Of a DNA stretch of 37,561 nucleotides, positions 34,740 to 37,561 are shown in pieces. The stretch spans positions 1 through 37,561 of IMG/VR virus record IMGVR_UViG_3300043415_000050; one strand, written 5' to 3'. Origin of the DNA: a virus (Duplodnaviria; Caudoviricetes). The notes under the pieces are model-generated. The model was not told where the DNA came from and ran no database searches. It saw only the letters and a list, made by a program, of their open reading frames with translations. A program made the translations under genes and the position numbers. Within the stretch, counting starts at the first letter, position 1, and every line of letters begins with the position of its first letter.

Positions 34740-36038
34740 TTATGCGTAAGTGATCTCAGCGGATTGCACGGTAGCAAGCCATCGGATATTGGTAGCTGCT
34801 GCGCCAGTTGCCGTAATTGAAAGACCGCCGTTAGTGGTGTCGGCAGACAGCGCCAACGTCCATGCGGGGACGTTGCTAATAGCCGTCACAGTTGATGCAA
34901 CCAGCGTTGTAGTCGCTGCGGTTCCTTCGCGCCTAATCAGCCCTTCAATTTTCCACGCTGCTGATGCAGTGCCATTGGCGGCTTTTTGCCTAGCCACCAC
35001 AATGCCAGAAAAAGCATAGGCAGTGTTATTTTGAAGAATGAGCTGGTTTGCTCCTGCTGCTGCTGCCGTATCTGACGTTAACACAGAAGCTGTAGCATCT
35101 GTTGTGGTTTTCGTGCAGTTAATTGTGCCGTATTGAGCCGCGCCGTTACCATAGCCGCTATAACTTTCAAGCGCAAATTTTCCGGTTTCTTTTGCCTGAG
35201 CGCCGTTGCCCAGCGCAATCGAATATGATGCAGATGCAGTACAAGACGTGCCAAATGATACAGCATTAGACCCAGACGCAACGCACAATGAGCCGGCTGA
35301 AACCGAACCGCTTGCGGAACTTCTTGTTAGCTGTCCGAATGCAAAGCTGTTGGCGCCTGTTGCGCCATAACTGCTTGTGTTATCTGTAATTCCCATTGAA
35401 ATTGAATCAGCGCCAGAAGCATAACTATTGCCTATCGCTATGGCATTATTTCCGCTGGTTGCCACGGGTCTCGCCATTGTAGAGAGGCAGTTTTCAGCGT
35501 ACCCACGCATAGTTTTTTTGCTGCCAGTCTGCCAGTTGGTTCCGTTACAGACAATTTGAGTGCCTTCGCCCTGCCGCAACACAATAGTTGCAACGCCGTC
35601 AATGGTTTCGGCTGCGTTTGGGTCAATCGTAATCGCGCCGGTTCCGCTATTCCAGATTGTGCAGTTAAACCCGGAGCCAAGCGACGCCGCTGCGGTGAGC
35701 GAGATTGTAAATGTGCCAGACGTGCAATTAATGACCGTGCCAGCATCGCCAGACACAACCGTGTAGGCTGATGTTTTGTTTGATATGGTAATTGCAGAAC
35801 CGCCGCCGCCGCTTGCTGATAGCGTGCCGCCCGCAAAAGTAAGACCTGACCCGATGGTTACTGCGTTTAATGCGGAGCCGTTTCCGTACGCGATGCCATT
35901 AACACTGGTTCCCAGCGTAATGGCTGGCGTTGTCGTTGCTGACGCAACTGTGCCAGAGAAGCCGTTAGCCGTAACGACAGATGTTGACGTTACTGTACCA
36001 CTTCCGCCGCCTGTTTGACTTGCCCAGCAGCCGCCCAT
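34740..36038 (-). CDS. Tail fibre with YadA-head-like repeats
   Basis: Ser/Thr/Gly/Ala-rich, with AYTVVSGDAG..TIDG knob and repeated ASG..S.A.G units. Confidence 0.78.
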   Translation of the reverse strand: MGGCWASQTGGGSGTVTSTSVVTANGFSGTVASATTTPAITLGTSVNGIAYGNGSALNAVTIGSGLTFAGGTLSASGGGGSAITISNKTSAYTVVSGDAGTVINCTSGTFTISLTAAASLGSGFNCTIWNSGTGAITIDPNAAETIDGVATIVLRQGEGTQIVCNGTNWQTGSKKTMRGYAENCLSTMARPVATSGNNAIAIGNSYASGADSISMGITDNTSSYGATGANSFAFGQLTRSSASGSVSAGSLCVASGSNAVSFGTSCTASASYSIALGNGAQAKETGKFALESYSGYGNGAAQYGTINCTKTTTDATASVLTSDTAAAAGANQLILQNNTAYAFSGIVVARQKAANGTASAAWKIEGLIRREGTAATTTLVASTVTAISNVPAWTLALSADTTNGGLSITATGAAATNIRWLATVQSAEITYA

Positions 36039-36379
36039 TATGCTGTCACCTCGTAAACAACAGGATTAGAGCCGACAGTGCGCGATATCCGCAGCGCCAT
36101 CAAACGACCTAAAAAAATGTCGGTAGTTGCTGACGTTACCGCCCCATCGGGCCAGTTTTGCCAGTTGGCTGATGCCGGGTTGGTTGCTGCGTTTTGAGTC
36201 GTTGAAAACTCAACGAGTCCAGTGCAACCGGAGCCTGGAATGATTGTTACAGTAACCGGAGCATGAAGTTCTGAGACGTCGACAACATCAGCAGTTGAAG
36301 TAACTGATCCGCTGTAAAACGAAGCGACATTGGCCGGATCAGTGGCCGGGATTTGAGTTGGTGTCAGTTGCGTTGCCAT
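36038..36379 (-). CDS. Hypothetical beta-rich virion protein
   Basis: ATG at 36379, with V.FS...W..W...ALR. pattern. Confidence 0.65.
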   Translation of the reverse strand: MATQLTPTQIPATDPANVASFYSGSVTSTADVVDVSELHAPVTVTIIPGSGCTGLVEFSTTQNAATNPASANWQNWPDGAVTSATTDIFLGRLMALRISRTVGSNPVVYEVTA

Positions 36380-36575
36380 CTTCTTTCCTCGGCCTTCCAC
36401 GCGGCCTTTTGGGTGTATCTGACTGACTCATCAAAGGATCGTCAGTGCCGTTCAAAAAATCTTGGCTGAGCCGCCATCCTTGTGCGTATAGCCTGCGGTA
36501 ATCATCCAGATCAACCGCTATCAATGAATTAGCATAATCGTCCTTGTGGACGGATGCCGGAAAATCGTACGTCAT
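36339..36575 (-). CDS. Small protein with AT-hook-like motif
   Basis: FP..........GW motif and PKRPRGRPRK. Typical post-capsid gene. Confidence 0.68.
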   Translation of the reverse strand: MTYDFPASVHKDDYANSLIAVDLDDYRRLYAQGWRLSQDFLNGTDDPLMSQSDTPKRPRGRPRKEDGNATDTNSNPGH

Positions 36576-36596
36576 GTTCCTTCCCTAGAGGAATGA

Positions 36597-36614
36597 GGGG
36601 GAGCGAACTCCCCC
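36597..36614 (-). other. UUCG-capped stable hairpin (mRNA stabiliser or processing site)
   Basis: GGGGGAG-TTCG-CTCCCCC with no U tract. Confidence 0.55.
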
Positions 36615-36621
36615 GTCAATC

Positions 36622-36993
36622 TTAAGACTGTGCAGCAATAATGCCCAGGTTGGTCAGCTTGCCATCGCCGAAGGCAGTCTGTGCAGGGTATGCACGCGCC
36701 ACATACACCAGATAGGTGTCAGCAGCAGGCGTCAGAGCGCCGGCAGTTGGATTGATGTAGCGGATTGCCAGAGTATTGGCAGCAGAAACGCGGGCGCTAG
36801 TGATAGCGGTAGCGTTGCCGGTGCTGGCAGTGGTGCTGATTGCCACAAAATCACCGACAGCAAGGCCGCTCACGGTGAAAGTCTGCTCAGCAGACGTGGC
36901 GGCACTGACACTGGCGGGCGTGACTGCAACAGACAGGACAGCCTGGCCGCGCAGGATCGATTCAGAAACTATATTGGGGCCTGGATTGCTCAT
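36622..36993 (-). CDS. Probable capsid decoration protein
   Basis: TPASVSAATSAEQTFTVSGLAVGD..ARVSAANTLAIRYIN. Directly after the capsid gene. Confidence 0.7.
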   Translation of the reverse strand: MSNPGPNIVSESILRGQAVLSVAVTPASVSAATSAEQTFTVSGLAVGDFVAISTTASTGNATAITSARVSAANTLAIRYINPTAGALTPAADTYLVYVARAYPAQTAFGDGKLTNLGIIAAQS

Positions 36994-37015
36994 AATTGAT
37001 GCTCCTAGAATGGGG

Positions 37016-37039
37016 TTGCCCCGTTTTTAGGCGGGGCGA
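37016..37039 (-). other. GC-rich hairpin after the capsid stop
   Basis: TCGCCCCGC-CTAAAA-ACGGGGCAA with no strong U tract. Confidence 0.5.
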
Positions 37040-37046
37040 ATGGGGT

Positions 37047-37561
37047 TTAAGCCGTGATACGGGTCGCGAGCTGCGGGTATGGGGTGGCAAATCCGTACAA
37101 TATATCCAGACGGGTTGGAAGCTGGTCTGAGTTAATATCGTACTGACGCACCATACGGATTGAAAACCCGTCAGCGTTAGCGCGTCCGGCCATATCTACA
37201 CCCTGCGGCAAGATAAGGTCAGCGGTAGCCATTGCAAATGCGTCTTTGTGGTACGCAATGTTCTGGGCATAGCTTGCGGCTGAACCTGAGTTGCCAGAGA
37301 TAATGGCAGCGGTTCCTGATGGGATCGTTCCCGTAGAACTGGTGACATTCTGGAACTGACCAGAGAAAATGGGGTTAGGGTACACTGGCACAGTCGTAGA
37401 TGACGCGGCCACATCTGCGGTCACGACAAAGTTACGGAGAACACCAGTTGATTGCCTGTTCTGAGGGTTCACGGCATAAACGCCAGGAATCTGGAACACA
37501 GTGCCTTTGGTAATGGTTCCGCTGGTGCTGCTGACAGCAAGGTTAAAGCCAGTGCTGGCGT
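37047..37561 (-). CDS. Major capsid protein (3' part)
   Basis: QNIAYHKDAFAMATADL..SIRMVRQYDI...RLDILYG..YPQLA is a P22-coat-type C-terminus. Confidence 0.92.
   Translation of the reverse strand, partial: ASTGFNLAVSSTSGTITKGTVFQIPGVYAVNPQNRQSTGVLRNFVVTADVAASSTTVPVYPNPIFSGQFQNVTSSTGTIPSGTAAIISGNSGSAASYAQNIAYHKDAFAMATADLILPQGVDMAGRANADGFSIRMVRQYDINSDQLPTRLDILYGFATPYPQLATRITA
37253..37561. repeat. Terminal direct repeat / circular overlap, right copy
   Basis: Matches 1-309 with 3 mismatches. Confidence 0.97.

Overview
This window looks like a complete ~37.25-kb tailed-phage genome (P22/APSE-like podovirus layout, probably with a proteobacterial host). It is linearised inside the major capsid gene, with a 309-bp terminal overlap (1-309 = 37253-37561, three synonymous differences). 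The minus strand carries Cro, primase-helicase, a putative origin, an HTH gene, two HNH genes, terS, an adenine methyltransferase, terL, portal, scaffold, a GIY-YIG endonuclease and the capsid gene. It continues with decoration, several fibre/spike genes, gp4- and gp10-like tail proteins, an ART-like protein, a sulfotransferase-like protein, three ejection proteins, holins and an M15 endolysin. The plus strand (11673-19781) carries Sak4, SSB, a Cas4-like exonuclease, an SF2 helicase, a VRR-NUC nuclease and small accessory genes. I found no integrase, CI-type repressor, tRNA or CRISPR array. The most interesting signals are non-coding. First, three homologous promoter-driven three-way-junction RNAs (c4-antisense-like), two of which lead homing-endonuclease genes and have variable loops complementary to their own downstream RBS regions. 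Second, a ~255-nt structured RNA with a pseudoknot, bounded by its own promoter and terminator. Also notable are a shuffled array of small modular genes and a ~46-aa module inserted into two different tail proteins. All protein family calls come from motif recognition by eye, not database searches.
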